This document shows positions 32,845-42,127 of a DNA stretch of 64,000 bases, one piece after another. A model generated the notes under the pieces. That model was not told the DNA's origin and made no database searches. It saw only the letters and a program-made list of their open reading frames with translations. The stretch lies in NCBI GenBank assembly GCA_963718525.1, contig OY970355.1, positions 1,536,001 through 1,600,000 on the forward strand, read 5' to 3'. This DNA is from Candidatus Dormiibacterota bacterium (GTDB lineage Bacteria > Chloroflexota > Dormibacteria > Aeolococcales > Aeolococcaceae). Every line of letters starts with the position of its first letter. Within the stretch, counting starts at the first letter, position 1. The position numbers and the translations under genes are program-made.

Positions 32845-33039
32845 TCAAGCGGGAGGCTGGGGTCCCCTGGCGGTCGGCAAGCTGATCGGGCCGATGCGCG
32901 AGAGCACGTAGAAGGCGATCGCGAAAAGTGCCAATGCCACGGCGGTCCGGGACAGCACGGCATTCGTGGTTAACTCGACCACTCCTGCCACCAGGAACAG
33001 GGTGAAGCTGACAACGATGCAGAAGTCCTTGAAGGTCAT
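32845..33039 (-). CDS. Small two-TM membrane protein
   Basis: 64 aa, two hydrophobic helices, strong SD GAGGAGG. Confidence 0.65.
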   Translation of the reverse strand: MTFKDFCIVVSFTLFLVAGVVELTTNAVLSRTAVALALFAIAFYVLSRIGPISLPTARGPQPPA

Positions 33040-33054
33040 GGTTCGTCCTCCTCT

Positions 33055-33099
33055 TCAGAGCAGAATGAACCAGGCTCGCTGCCAGACAGGTCGGTTCAT
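33055..33099 (-). other. Putative 14-aa leader ORF MNRPVWQRAWFILL
   Basis: ATG 7 nt after TTGACA-N18-CAGCGT promoter-like site; stop abuts SD of next gene; lies in AATGAACC/GGTTCATT hairpin. Confidence 0.35.
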
Positions 33100-33106
33100 T
33101 GCCGCA

Positions 33107-33122
33107 ACGCTGGCACTTGGGC
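33107..33122 (-). repeat. Left copy of degenerate inverted repeat
   Basis: GCCCAAGTGCCAGCGT on minus strand, 15/16 match to 37091-37106. Confidence 0.55.
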
Positions 33123-33189
33123 GCAGCACGTGTCAAGCCGGCACTGAGTCATTGCCGGATGAGCTCGGCTGAAAAGGTGCGCGGCCGGC

Positions 33190-34280
33190 TCAGGAGTCCG
33201 AGAGGGAGGTGTCGGCGACGGCCACTCGGGCGCGGCCGGAGGCCTTGGCAGCCTTTGCCGCCTTTCGAGCCGCGGCCTGAGCTGCCTCCTGATGGGCGAC
33301 GCCCGCGCCCGCCGCGAGCCCGGCCGAGAACGTCACCTCGACATCGCCGAAGCGCAACTCGCATCGCGCACGTTGGATCAGATCCTCGAGTTCTTCGACC
33401 ACCGCGGCGACGTCGGCGCCAGGCACGATGACCAGAAACTCGTCGCCACCCCAGCGCGCGGCGATCGAGTTCGGCGGGAGTGATTGCAGGAGTTGAGCCA
33501 CGCCGGCAAGCGCCTCATCGCCTGCTTCCCAGTTTTGATCGTCGAGCCCGTTCAGCTCGCGCAAATTGTCGATGTCGACAAAAGCGACCACGCGCGGGCC
33601 GGAGAGGCTCGGGAGGATCTCCTTGAACCCGCGGCGGTTTCGAAGGCCGGTGAGATCGTCGTACAAGCCGATCGTGGCTCGATGTTCCGCCGACGCGAGC
33701 CGATCGCGAAGATCCTCTGCCTGGCCGGCGAGCTGGCCGTCGCGCCGCTCCAGCGCCTCCAGGCGCTGGTGAAGCTCACGGTTTGCCTCGATGCGGTCCG
33801 CCACTGGACCTCCCACAGCAGATCGCTCGCCACGGGTTTCCGACTGGGGCCCTGTCTGAACGTTGTGCGGAGCCGGAGCCGGATGCTGGTGTCGCGGATG
33901 AGCAGTGGACGCCCGGCGACGTCAAGCCTGATCCTCCGCGCCAGCTGGGACAGACTCTCCTGCGCATCGATGCGATTCACCAACACGGCGAACTCGTCGC
34001 CGCCGACACGTGCGAGACAACTCGGTGGTCGCTCCGTGAACGAGGCTCGGAGTCGATCAGCAACCTGTACCAGAACCTCGTCGCCAAAGTCGAAACCGTA
34101 TTGTGCGTTGATCGCTCGCAGACCCTCGATGTCGATCAGCACGATCCCGTACGCAGCCCCATCGCCGTCAGCGCGGCAACGAGCGTCGACCTCCGCATCA
34201 ATGCTCATGAACATGTGGATCGTCGCCCGTCCCGTCTGGCGATCTGAGCCGAACCCATGGTTGTCTCCCATCTGCATCAT
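33190..34280 (-). pseudogene. Tandem-GGDEF diguanylate cyclase split by a one-base frameshift near 33802
   Basis: ORF 33552-34280 has ARVGGDEF; ORF 33190-33816 has DDLTGLRNRR and ARWGGDEF; adding one G at TGGCGGAC joins them. Confidence 0.75.
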
Positions 34281-34519
34281 AGGGTCACCTGTGGTGGCGA
34301 ATCACGGGTCGCGTTAGCGCGACCGGGTCGCAACGGAGTGATGCGCGTGCGCCTGTGACAAGTCGGTTGTGACCCTCGTCGCCGCGTGCGACGCGTGCAT
34401 GCTGATGGAGCGCGTCGGCCGACCCGAACCGCTCGGTTCCGCCAACGTGTAGCTCGGGGAACGAGCTGCCATCTTGGCATGCCACTCGCCGAACACTCGG
34501 CGAGCAAACGGAGACGAGC

Positions 34520-35677
34520 ATGCCGAAGAAGCACCTACTCAGCCGCCTACCGTCGCTGGGACGCGGCCACGCAACATCCGTTGGTCAACCGGACGTCGCC
34601 CCGCACGTCGAGGCGCAGGAGAGCGAACTCGGGGGTCGGATCTTCGAGCTCAAGCCCGGTCTCGTCCCGGGGTCGGTCGTCGAAATGGTTGTCGTTGACG
34701 GACGCGCCCAGGGCTACGTGATGCGTCGCTCACCGAACTTCGTGGTCTGGTCGGAGCTGGCGGATCGCGTCCACGTGCAAGGGGCGGGACTGCCATGGGT
34801 ATGCATCGCGCGAATGTGGGAAGGCCCGCGCGGTGCTGCGATCAGCGATGACGAACAGTGGTGCGTTGTCGTGGGGCTCGGATTCATCGCCTTCCCGCTG
34901 CGCCCCGGGCGGGAGGTGCGGTCGCACTGGCGCCATCCGTTCCACGAGCGGTGGCAACTTCATCTCCCCATGACCGGCGATCTCGCAGAGGCAATCATGT
35001 TCACGCGCGTACGAGCCCTGACGGGACACTGTTTCGGACTGTCGACACAATGGGGCCTCGGAAATACATGGACCACCCGTGAATGGATCTATGACGCTGA
35101 CACCGACACGATCGGAGAACCCACTGACACCATCGACGAGGCGAAGCGACGCATGGCCATACGCCCTGGGGTGTCGCCAACCTACGCCGAGGAACGTCAA
35201 CTCGCGGCAGCACTCCGTGGTGATGGCGCCGAGTCGACGGCTGAGGCCGGAACCACCTTCGAGCCGAATCCCCAAGGCGGAGAAACGGTCCTCGCCAAGG
35301 GAAATCCTGTCGGCGCGGTGCTGTGCAGATCGCCGAACTTTGTCGTGTGGCAGGAATTGGGCACCATGGTCTGCGTGGAGGGCGATGAGCTCCCGTGGTT
35401 GCTCCTCGATGACATGTGCGGAGGCGTGAGAGCCGCCGCGATCAGCGCTGACCAGGAATGGTGCGTCGTCGCCGGCTGCGGCTTTCGTGTCCGTCGCCTG
35501 CGCATCGCGGGCGAGTTCCGAACGCATGGCGCGGATCCCGGGAGCATCCTCTGGATCGACGACGTGACGGCACTTGATGGCCACACGTTCCGGCTTCACG
35601 GCGGTGGCGCAGGTCCCGCCGCTCGGGACTATGTCTACGACGCCGACAGCGATGAACTCCGCCTCATCACTCGATAA
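34520..35677 (+). CDS. Hypothetical protein with internally duplicated beta-rich domain
   Basis: RSPNFVVW.EL, LPW, AAIS.D..WCVV.G.GF, YDAD each occur twice; SD GGAG. Confidence 0.7.
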   Translation: MPKKHLLSRLPSLGRGHATSVGQPDVAPHVEAQESELGGRIFELKPGLVPGSVVEMVVVDGRAQGYVMRRSPNFVVWSELADRVHVQGAGLPWVCIARMWEGPRGAAISDDEQWCVVVGLGFIAFPLRPGREVRSHWRHPFHERWQLHLPMTGDLAEAIMFTRVRALTGHCFGLSTQWGLGNTWTTREWIYDADTDTIGEPTDTIDEAKRRMAIRPGVSPTYAEERQLAAALRGDGAESTAEAGTTFEPNPQGGETVLAKGNPVGAVLCRSPNFVVWQELGTMVCVEGDELPWLLLDDMCGGVRAAAISADQEWCVVAGCGFRVRRLRIAGEFRTHGADPGSILWIDDVTALDGHTFRLHGGGAGPAARDYVYDADSDELRLITR

Positions 35678-35761
35678 CAGCCGACAAGCACAGTTCGGCG
35701 AGCATCCCGCTTCGGGGGCGACGGCGTGGGGATCGTGGCGCGAGCCGCCTCCATGCCCAGC

Positions 35762-37036
35762 TCATCTCACGACGATGTCGATAGCCCACGGGGCGCCGGG
35801 ATTGATGGGAAGGATCAGCCTCGTGCCAGGACGGGCTGCCTGAATGGTGCGCGCCTGTCGCGGCCAGTCGAAGTTGACAAACGGGGTGTACGCCCAGGTC
35901 CCAAACCCGGAGGCGAACGCCACCCCTCCGGCGATCCAGGCCGTGCGTCTCATCCAACTCCGAGGCAGTTGAGCCACGGCCCATATCAGCGTGGCAACCC
36001 AAGCCACCCGAGCCATGAAGAAGTATCGTCCGCCTGCTTCGCTGGTCGCCAGGATGAACCACTGGTTGCCGCCTGAGGACACAAGCGGAGACAGCAGCGA
36101 GGCAGTGACGATGCCGAGGGCGGTGAGCCCGAAGAGTTTCAACTCCCACGGCGCCTTCTTGACCGCGTACAGCACGACCGGGAGGGTGAGCAGACAGATG
36201 AGACCCGCCAACAGCGCGCCGTGCGCTTTGCCAGCAAGGTAGACATGCGTATGTCCTGGCTCGGCAAAGATGCCGGCGAGGATGATGCGATCGCTGAGAA
36301 TGAGCACGAGATTGCCAAAACTCGCCCCGATGTCTGTCTCCATGCGAGGGGAGAGCCTGCTGGCGTAGAGCTGTGCCGCGAGCGCGAGTCCGAAGATGGC
36401 AAGAAGCACAAGAGTGAACCGCCTTCGGCGAACCAGGTACCAAAGTGCGGTTATCGGGAAGAGGATGAAGACAAACGGCCCCGACAGTCCGCAGAGCAAC
36501 GCGGTCGCCGCGTCGAAGAGCCGCCAATACCATCGGGTTGGTTCCGGCGCGATGACCACGAGCGTTGCGAGGATGGCGAGGTGCACCGGCGCCGTTGTGA
36601 TCGACACGTTGAGTTCGTCGGCAGGCATCAGCAGGTAGATGCAACTGAGTACTACGCGAACCCAGAACATCGGCACCACTGGATCGAAGCGCGAGCTGAG
36701 GAAGTAGAAGACAGGGGCCAGTTGCAGGAGGAGTCCGCAGATGTTGTAGACGAGGGGCTGATTGGCGATCCCGAACGGGGCGCCGATGACCGGGCCGAGA
36801 CGCGACACCAACTGAAAGGAGCCTGACGACGACAGGCCGAGCGCGTGCAGGGGGCCGAGGTTATAGGCGTCGGAGAACCATCGGAGTCCATCCTCTGCGT
36901 AGAACTGCGGGTTGGTGAATGCGTCGATCCGGTGTGCAACCACGATCGCAGTTGCCGTGAGCATGAGCAGTGCGAAAGTCCAAGGTCGTGCGGCGAGACG
37001 GAGTGACCGCGATTGCTGGCTCATGCTGATGCGCAC
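35762..37036 (-). CDS. Polytopic membrane protein, probable GT-C glycosyltransferase
   Basis: About 11 TMs, first-loop acidic motif PQFYAEDG, late GRYFF motif. Confidence 0.65.
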   Translation of the reverse strand: MRISMSQQSRSLRLAARPWTFALLMLTATAIVVAHRIDAFTNPQFYAEDGLRWFSDAYNLGPLHALGLSSSGSFQLVSRLGPVIGAPFGIANQPLVYNICGLLLQLAPVFYFLSSRFDPVVPMFWVRVVLSCIYLLMPADELNVSITTAPVHLAILATLVVIAPEPTRWYWRLFDAATALLCGLSGPFVFILFPITALWYLVRRRRFTLVLLAIFGLALAAQLYASRLSPRMETDIGASFGNLVLILSDRIILAGIFAEPGHTHVYLAGKAHGALLAGLICLLTLPVVLYAVKKAPWELKLFGLTALGIVTASLLSPLVSSGGNQWFILATSEAGGRYFFMARVAWVATLIWAVAQLPRSWMRRTAWIAGGVAFASGFGTWAYTPFVNFDWPRQARTIQAARPGTRLILPINPGAPWAIDIVVR

Positions 37037-37090
37037 TCAGCGATCTCCACGGCGGGAGTGTAAAGAGTGCCGGTATCCGGCACCGGACGT

Positions 37091-37106
37091 GCCCAGGTGC
37101 CAGCGT
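37091..37106 (+). repeat. Right copy of degenerate inverted repeat
   Basis: GCCCAGGTGCCAGCGT followed by N7-ATGAAGCGAC, as in the left copy. Confidence 0.55.
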
Positions 37107-37179
37107 CGTAGGCATGAAGCGACGTGGGCTCGCAGCGGCCATTCGACCCCGCGAGGACCGATCTGGCTCGAAATTGGCA

Positions 37180-37251
37180 AGCCGACGGGGAGATTCGAAC
37201 TCCCGGCCAATGGTTTACGAAACCATTGCTCTACCACTGAGCTACGTCGGC
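37180..37251 (-). tRNA. tRNA-Thr(CGT)
   Basis: GCCGACG acceptor stem, TAGCTCAGTGGTAGAGC D-arm, ATGGT-TTCGTAA-ACCAT anticodon arm, GTTCGAAT T-loop; CCA not encoded. Confidence 0.95.
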
Positions 37252-38378
37252 GCGGAGTCGAAGCCTACCAAGGGCCCACGGGACCACCGCGCCGGCCGTT
37301 CCAGGAAGCCGCCGATCGAGGCCACCTCTCGGCCGATCGCCGGGTCGGCGCGGCGGCCGATCCGATCGAACGGCATGACCGTGATCTCGATCTGACCAGA
37401 CCGCTGTTCGAGGCGCCAGCCCCCGGCGATCCACCCGTCCACGCAGATCACGGGGCGGATCCAGCCACCGCCGCCGTCGTGGATCCATGTCTCAGCGGCC
37501 AGGTCGCCGACGTGCTCACGCCTCCGATAACCGAGGAGAAAGGTGTCGAAGTGGCCGAGCAGACGCACCGCCGGCCGGACCGTTTCGGGATCAGAGGCCA
37601 CAGGCCCCAATGTCCAGAGGCCGTGGACCGGCCCGGGATACTCCATCAGCTCCGAGCTCAGCGCGGTCATCGCAGCGCGTATCGCCGGCCGCGGCAGGCG
37701 TGACCACGCGGCGAAGTCCGCCTCGCTCGCGGGTCCGTACGCGGCGAAGTACCGGTGGGCAAGCTCGGCGAGTGCGGCCTGGCCGCGCGGTCCCTTGGAC
37801 CGCGGTACCCAGTCATCCAGCAGCACGAAGCTGTCGTCCCGGCCCATGCGAGGCCCGGAGCACACGATTCCCAGCGCGGCTGCGTGATAGAGGAGATGCA
37901 GTAGCGCCTGACCCACAGGTTCCTCGAGGACACCCGCGCTCACCAGACGCTCGCGGATCTGGCGGCGAGCCATCGGGCCGCCGGCGAGTGCCTCGCGAAT
38001 CACCGCGACACCGCGCTCACACTTCGCATCATCGAGGCCGAGATTTCTGCGTTGACTCGCGGCGAAGCGGTCGACCGCAGGACCGAAGACATCGATCAAC
38101 CAGCGCAGGTCGTCTGCTGCACAGAGATGCAGTGTTCCGCGCATCAACCATGTTCGCACCACCGAGCGGTCCTGCTCAAACGCGTAGTCCACCGCCGCGG
38201 CGGTGAGCCCCGCGCTTCGAACGCGCACCTGGTGGCGCGCGGCATCGAAGGCCTGCGCCTGGAGCGCGCACATCGCGCGTGCCACCGCCGCCACATCCGC
38301 GCGCAACCGCGTGTCGTCGGTGAGGTGTTGTGAGCGCAGACGTGCGAAGCGCAGTGGGAGCAGGGCGGCGTCAGGCAT
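37242..38378 (-). CDS. AlkZ/YcaQ-like (HTH_42) DNA crosslink glycosylase
   Basis: QAQ catalytic motif, WLMRGTLHL, YFAAYGPAS.ADFAAWS, FDTFLLGY. Confidence 0.85.
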   Translation of the reverse strand: MPDAALLPLRFARLRSQHLTDDTRLRADVAAVARAMCALQAQAFDAARHQVRVRSAGLTAAAVDYAFEQDRSVVRTWLMRGTLHLCAADDLRWLIDVFGPAVDRFAASQRRNLGLDDAKCERGVAVIREALAGGPMARRQIRERLVSAGVLEEPVGQALLHLLYHAAALGIVCSGPRMGRDDSFVLLDDWVPRSKGPRGQAALAELAHRYFAAYGPASEADFAAWSRLPRPAIRAAMTALSSELMEYPGPVHGLWTLGPVASDPETVRPAVRLLGHFDTFLLGYRRREHVGDLAAETWIHDGGGGWIRPVICVDGWIAGGWRLEQRSGQIEITVMPFDRIGRRADPAIGREVASIGGFLERPARWSRGPLVGFDSAPT

Positions 38379-38386
38379 GCTGGGAC

Positions 38387-39586
38387 TCAGAAGAAGTCAG
38401 GCATCCAGGGAAGGCCGCCGGCGATGAGCGCGTCCATCGCGGTCACCAGGGACGGGTCACCCTCGAGCAGCCCGAGCCGGACCGCATCCTGGGCTCGCAG
38501 GGCGCTCGAATACCAGGCGGACAGCGCGCCGATGCCGCAGCGAATTGCGCCGGCTCCTCCGGGCGTCACCCGGCCGCATCCGTTTTCGACCTCGAGGACC
38601 ACGCGCTCGACGCCGGTCACCGGGTCGTTGACCTCAAGATCCACCCGACCGGCGGCGCGTGCCGGCCAGCCTCGTGCGCTCATCGCCTTGTCGATGTCGA
38701 CGATGCGCTGCAGCCAGCAGATGAAGCCCTGGATCTCCATATTGCGGTGCGGCTCGGGGAGGATCCACAACAGGGGCGACGCGTCCGTCACCGCCGAGTG
38801 GACGAACACCACCTCGCTGCTCATCGAGTCCTGCCCACCGAGGAAGCCGAGCAGGCCCAGCATCGCGTCGCGCGTCGTGAAGACGAGCTCCTGGACGCGA
38901 AGACGAATCCAGGAACCTGGCTGGCGCTCGGACTCATAGCGGACAAACCCGGTGAGCTCGTTCCCCTCATACCAGCCGTATTCGGAGCGCGGCGGCTCTG
39001 GATCGCCCGGGTCCCACTCCACCGACAGGAACCAATCCGGACGATCGAGGGGACCGTCCCATTTCGCGAGGTGGGCGCGACGCATCGCCTCCACGGCGGC
39101 GCGGTCCGGCTTGGCGCGAATCCTGCCGGATCCGGAAAGCCCGGTCAGCGCCGAGGTCCGTACGACCTGCCGGAGGGTCTGCGAGCAGACCTCCCAACCC
39201 CAGCGGCGATACAGGCGGACAGTCGTCGCGTGGAGGGGTGCGAGTGCAGACCCCTGCTCGCGCGCCAGCGAGACGCAGTCGCGCATGAGCGCCCCCGCGA
39301 CGCCCTGGCGGCGCCAGGCGGGATGCACGGCGACGGCGGTGACCGCCTGCGCCGGCACCGGTTTCCCACCGAAGAACTGTCCGACAGGGAGGAGCATGTA
39401 GCCGCCGATGATCTCGCCGTCTGCATGCGCGAGCCGGAGCGGGGCGTGTGGCGCCGCAGCGGTGAGCCAGCGCATGTTGGTGGCCGCCTGGCCGGCGAAC
39501 AACTCCGCGTCGACCTCGGCAAAGCGCTGGAGGTCCTGCTCACCATGCGCGTCTCGAATCTCGACTGCGGATCGGTCTCGTTCCAT
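38387..39586 (-). CDS. Eis-family GNAT acetyltransferase
   Basis: VTAVAVHPAWRRQGVA, LYRRWGW, SCP2-like C-domain ending PWMPDFF. Confidence 0.85.
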   Translation of the reverse strand: MERDRSAVEIRDAHGEQDLQRFAEVDAELFAGQAATNMRWLTAAAPHAPLRLAHADGEIIGGYMLLPVGQFFGGKPVPAQAVTAVAVHPAWRRQGVAGALMRDCVSLAREQGSALAPLHATTVRLYRRWGWEVCSQTLRQVVRTSALTGLSGSGRIRAKPDRAAVEAMRRAHLAKWDGPLDRPDWFLSVEWDPGDPEPPRSEYGWYEGNELTGFVRYESERQPGSWIRLRVQELVFTTRDAMLGLLGFLGGQDSMSSEVVFVHSAVTDASPLLWILPEPHRNMEIQGFICWLQRIVDIDKAMSARGWPARAAGRVDLEVNDPVTGVERVVLEVENGCGRVTPGGAGAIRCGIGALSAWYSSALRAQDAVRLGLLEGDPSLVTAMDALIAGGLPWMPDFF

Positions 39587-39685
39587 GAGCGCCCGAGTGT
39601 ACTCGCGGCCGCCGGGACGCCTCGATCGTTGCATCGGCACGGCGCTCGTTTGGGCTGGGCGAGGACTCGGGATACCCTTTATGTC

Positions 39686-42127
39686 ATGGATACCGTCATC
39701 GCCCCGGTTGGGCCCGATCCGGCCCGCCTCGACGTCTACGACCACGCGACGGTCGAGGCGCGCTGGCGGCGCATCTGGGAGGAGCGTGGCGATTACCACA
39801 CCCCGCTCGACGACCCCGATCGTCCCTTCTACAACCTGATCATGTTCCCGTATCCCTCCGCCGAGGGGCTGCATGTCGGCCACATCATTCCGTTCGCGGG
39901 CGGGGACATCTACGGTCGCTGGCGGCGGCTGATGGGCGACACCGTCTTCGAGCCGATGGGCTTCGATGCCTTCGGCATCCACTCCGAGAACTACGCCATG
40001 AAGATCGGCGAGCATCCCGCAGTCGTGATGCGCCGCGCGGTCGCCAACTTCCGCGAGAACCAGCTCAAACGGATCGGCTCCATGTTCGACTGGAGTCACC
40101 AGGTCAACACGGCTGATCCTTCCTATTACAGGTGGACCCAGTGGATCTTCGTCCGGCTCTTCAACGCCGGCCTCATCGAGTGGCGTGAGGGAGCTGTCAA
40201 CTGGTGTCCGTCCTGCCTCACCGTGCTCGCGGACGAGCAGGTGGAGCAGGGGCGCTGCGAACGCTGCCACACGCCTGTGCAGACGCGTTATCTCCGCCAG
40301 TGGTGGATCAAGATCACCCGGTACGCCCAGCAGTTGCTCGACGCACTCGACACGCTGGACTGGTCGGAGTCGACAAAGACCATGCAGCGCAACTGGATCG
40401 GGCGCAGCGAGGGCGCGACCATCCTCTTCGACCTCGAAGGCTGCCGGCGCAAGGACGTCACTGTCTACACCACGCGCCCCGATACCCTGTTCGGCGCGAC
40501 CTTCCTGGTGATCGGGGCCGACCATCCGGAGCTGGAGGATTTCGTTCCACCGGAGCGGATGGGCGAGGTCAACGCGTGGCGCAACAAGTTCCCGCCGTCC
40601 GCCACCGAAGCCGACTTCTCGGTCGGTATGGAGCTCGGATCGCACGCGATCCATCCCCTCACAGGCGAGCGTCTCTCGGTGTGGGCGGCCCCCTACGTGC
40701 TCGGTGGCTACGGCACCGGCGCGATCATGGCGGTACCCGCGCACGATGCGCGGGACTGGGCGTTCGCGCGTGCGCACTCACTGCCGATCGTGGAGGTCAT
40801 CAGCGGCGGCAACGTCGAGGAGGCCGCGTACACCGGTGATGGGACGTTGGTGAACAGCGGCGAGTTCACCGCACTCTCCTCTGAGGAGGGCAAGCGGCGC
40901 ATCGTCGAGCGGCTGAAAGAGGTGCGTCGTGGACAGCCCAGCGTGCAGTACAAGCTGCGCGACTGGCTCATCTCGCGGCAGCGCTACTGGGGGCCACCGA
41001 TCCCGATCATCCACTGCCCCAAGGACGGCCCCGTGGCGGTGCCGGAAGAGGATCTCCCGGTCCTGCTTCCCGACATCGAGGATTTCCGGCCGCGGGGCAC
41101 GGGCCTCTCACCCCTGGCGACGGTGGAGGAGTGGGTGAACGTCCCCTGTCCGAAATGCGGCGAACCCGCTCGGCGGGAGACCGACGTGAGCGACACGTTC
41201 CTCGACTCGGCGTGGTACCACCTGCGCTACCCCTCCACGGACTTCGACGACGTGCCCTTCGACAAGGAGCGGACCGAGACGTGGCTCCCGGTCGACATGT
41301 ACATCGGCGGCAACGAGCACGCCGTGCGACACCTGCTCTACGCCCGGTTCGTCATGCGCGCGCTGTATGACATGGCGCTGGTGCCTGCTCCCGAGCCATA
41401 CACCCGCTTTCGCGCGCACGGGATGATCATCATGGACGGCGCCAAGATGTCCAAGAGCCGCGGCAACGTGCTCAATCCCGACGAGTACATCGAGCGGTAC
41501 GGAGCCGACACCGTGCGCCTCTTCATGATGTACCTCGGGCCCTACACGCTCGGCGGTGACTTCCGCGACAAGGGCATTGCGGGGATGACGCGCTTCATCA
41601 ACCGGACATGGCGTGCCGTCCAGCTCGCCACCGGCGATGACACCCGCGACGAGACACGAGAGCGGCGACGTCACCGGCTCATCAAGCAGGTCGAGGAGGA
41701 CATCGCCGAGCTTCGGTACAACACCGCGATCGCCTTTCTCATGGAGTTCGCCCGCGATCTCGACCACGAGGCGACTGCGGGCACGGCCCGGCGCATCGAT
41801 GCCGAAACCCTGTTGAAGTTGCTCGCTCCCTTCGCGCCGTTCGTCACCGAGGAGCTCTGGGACCGCACCGGACACGAGAGTTCCGTCCATGAGCGCGGCA
41901 CCTGGCCCGCCTACGACGCCGAGCTTGCTGCTCCGCAACGGGCGAGCGTTGCAATCACTGTGAATGGCAAGCTGCGTGGTCAGCTTGAGGTCGCGGCAGG
42001 CACCTCCACATCCGACCTGACCGCGATGGCGCTTTCCCATCCCCGTGTCGTCGGGCTTCTCGACGGACGGACGCCGAAGGACGTGTTCGCGGTCGTCGAC
42101 CGCATCGTCAACATCGTCACCGGCTGA
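39686..42127 (+). CDS. leuS: Leucine--tRNA ligase
   Basis: MFPYPS.EGLHVGH, WIGRSEG, TTRPDTLFG, ISRQRYWG, KMSKS. Confidence 0.97.
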   Translation: MDTVIAPVGPDPARLDVYDHATVEARWRRIWEERGDYHTPLDDPDRPFYNLIMFPYPSAEGLHVGHIIPFAGGDIYGRWRRLMGDTVFEPMGFDAFGIHSENYAMKIGEHPAVVMRRAVANFRENQLKRIGSMFDWSHQVNTADPSYYRWTQWIFVRLFNAGLIEWREGAVNWCPSCLTVLADEQVEQGRCERCHTPVQTRYLRQWWIKITRYAQQLLDALDTLDWSESTKTMQRNWIGRSEGATILFDLEGCRRKDVTVYTTRPDTLFGATFLVIGADHPELEDFVPPERMGEVNAWRNKFPPSATEADFSVGMELGSHAIHPLTGERLSVWAAPYVLGGYGTGAIMAVPAHDARDWAFARAHSLPIVEVISGGNVEEAAYTGDGTLVNSGEFTALSSEEGKRRIVERLKEVRRGQPSVQYKLRDWLISRQRYWGPPIPIIHCPKDGPVAVPEEDLPVLLPDIEDFRPRGTGLSPLATVEEWVNVPCPKCGEPARRETDVSDTFLDSAWYHLRYPSTDFDDVPFDKERTETWLPVDMYIGGNEHAVRHLLYARFVMRALYDMALVPAPEPYTRFRAHGMIIMDGAKMSKSRGNVLNPDEYIERYGADTVRLFMMYLGPYTLGGDFRDKGIAGMTRFINRTWRAVQLATGDDTRDETRERRRHRLIKQVEEDIAELRYNTAIAFLMEFARDLDHEATAGTARRIDAETLLKLLAPFAPFVTEELWDRTGHESSVHERGTWPAYDAELAAPQRASVAITVNGKLRGQLEVAAGTSTSDLTAMALSHPRVVGLLDGRTPKDVFAVVDRIVNIVTG

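Noticed and set aside
32300-37180. Prophage or integrative element at tRNA-Thr
   Set aside because: No integrase, transposase or phage gene, and no duplicated tRNA 3' end (att) found; kept only as an accessory block
38330-39685. Apparent 450-aa N-terminal extension of LeuS (1265-aa ORF)
   Set aside because: It is the antisense of the eis-like gene; LeuS homology and a -10 element start at 39686
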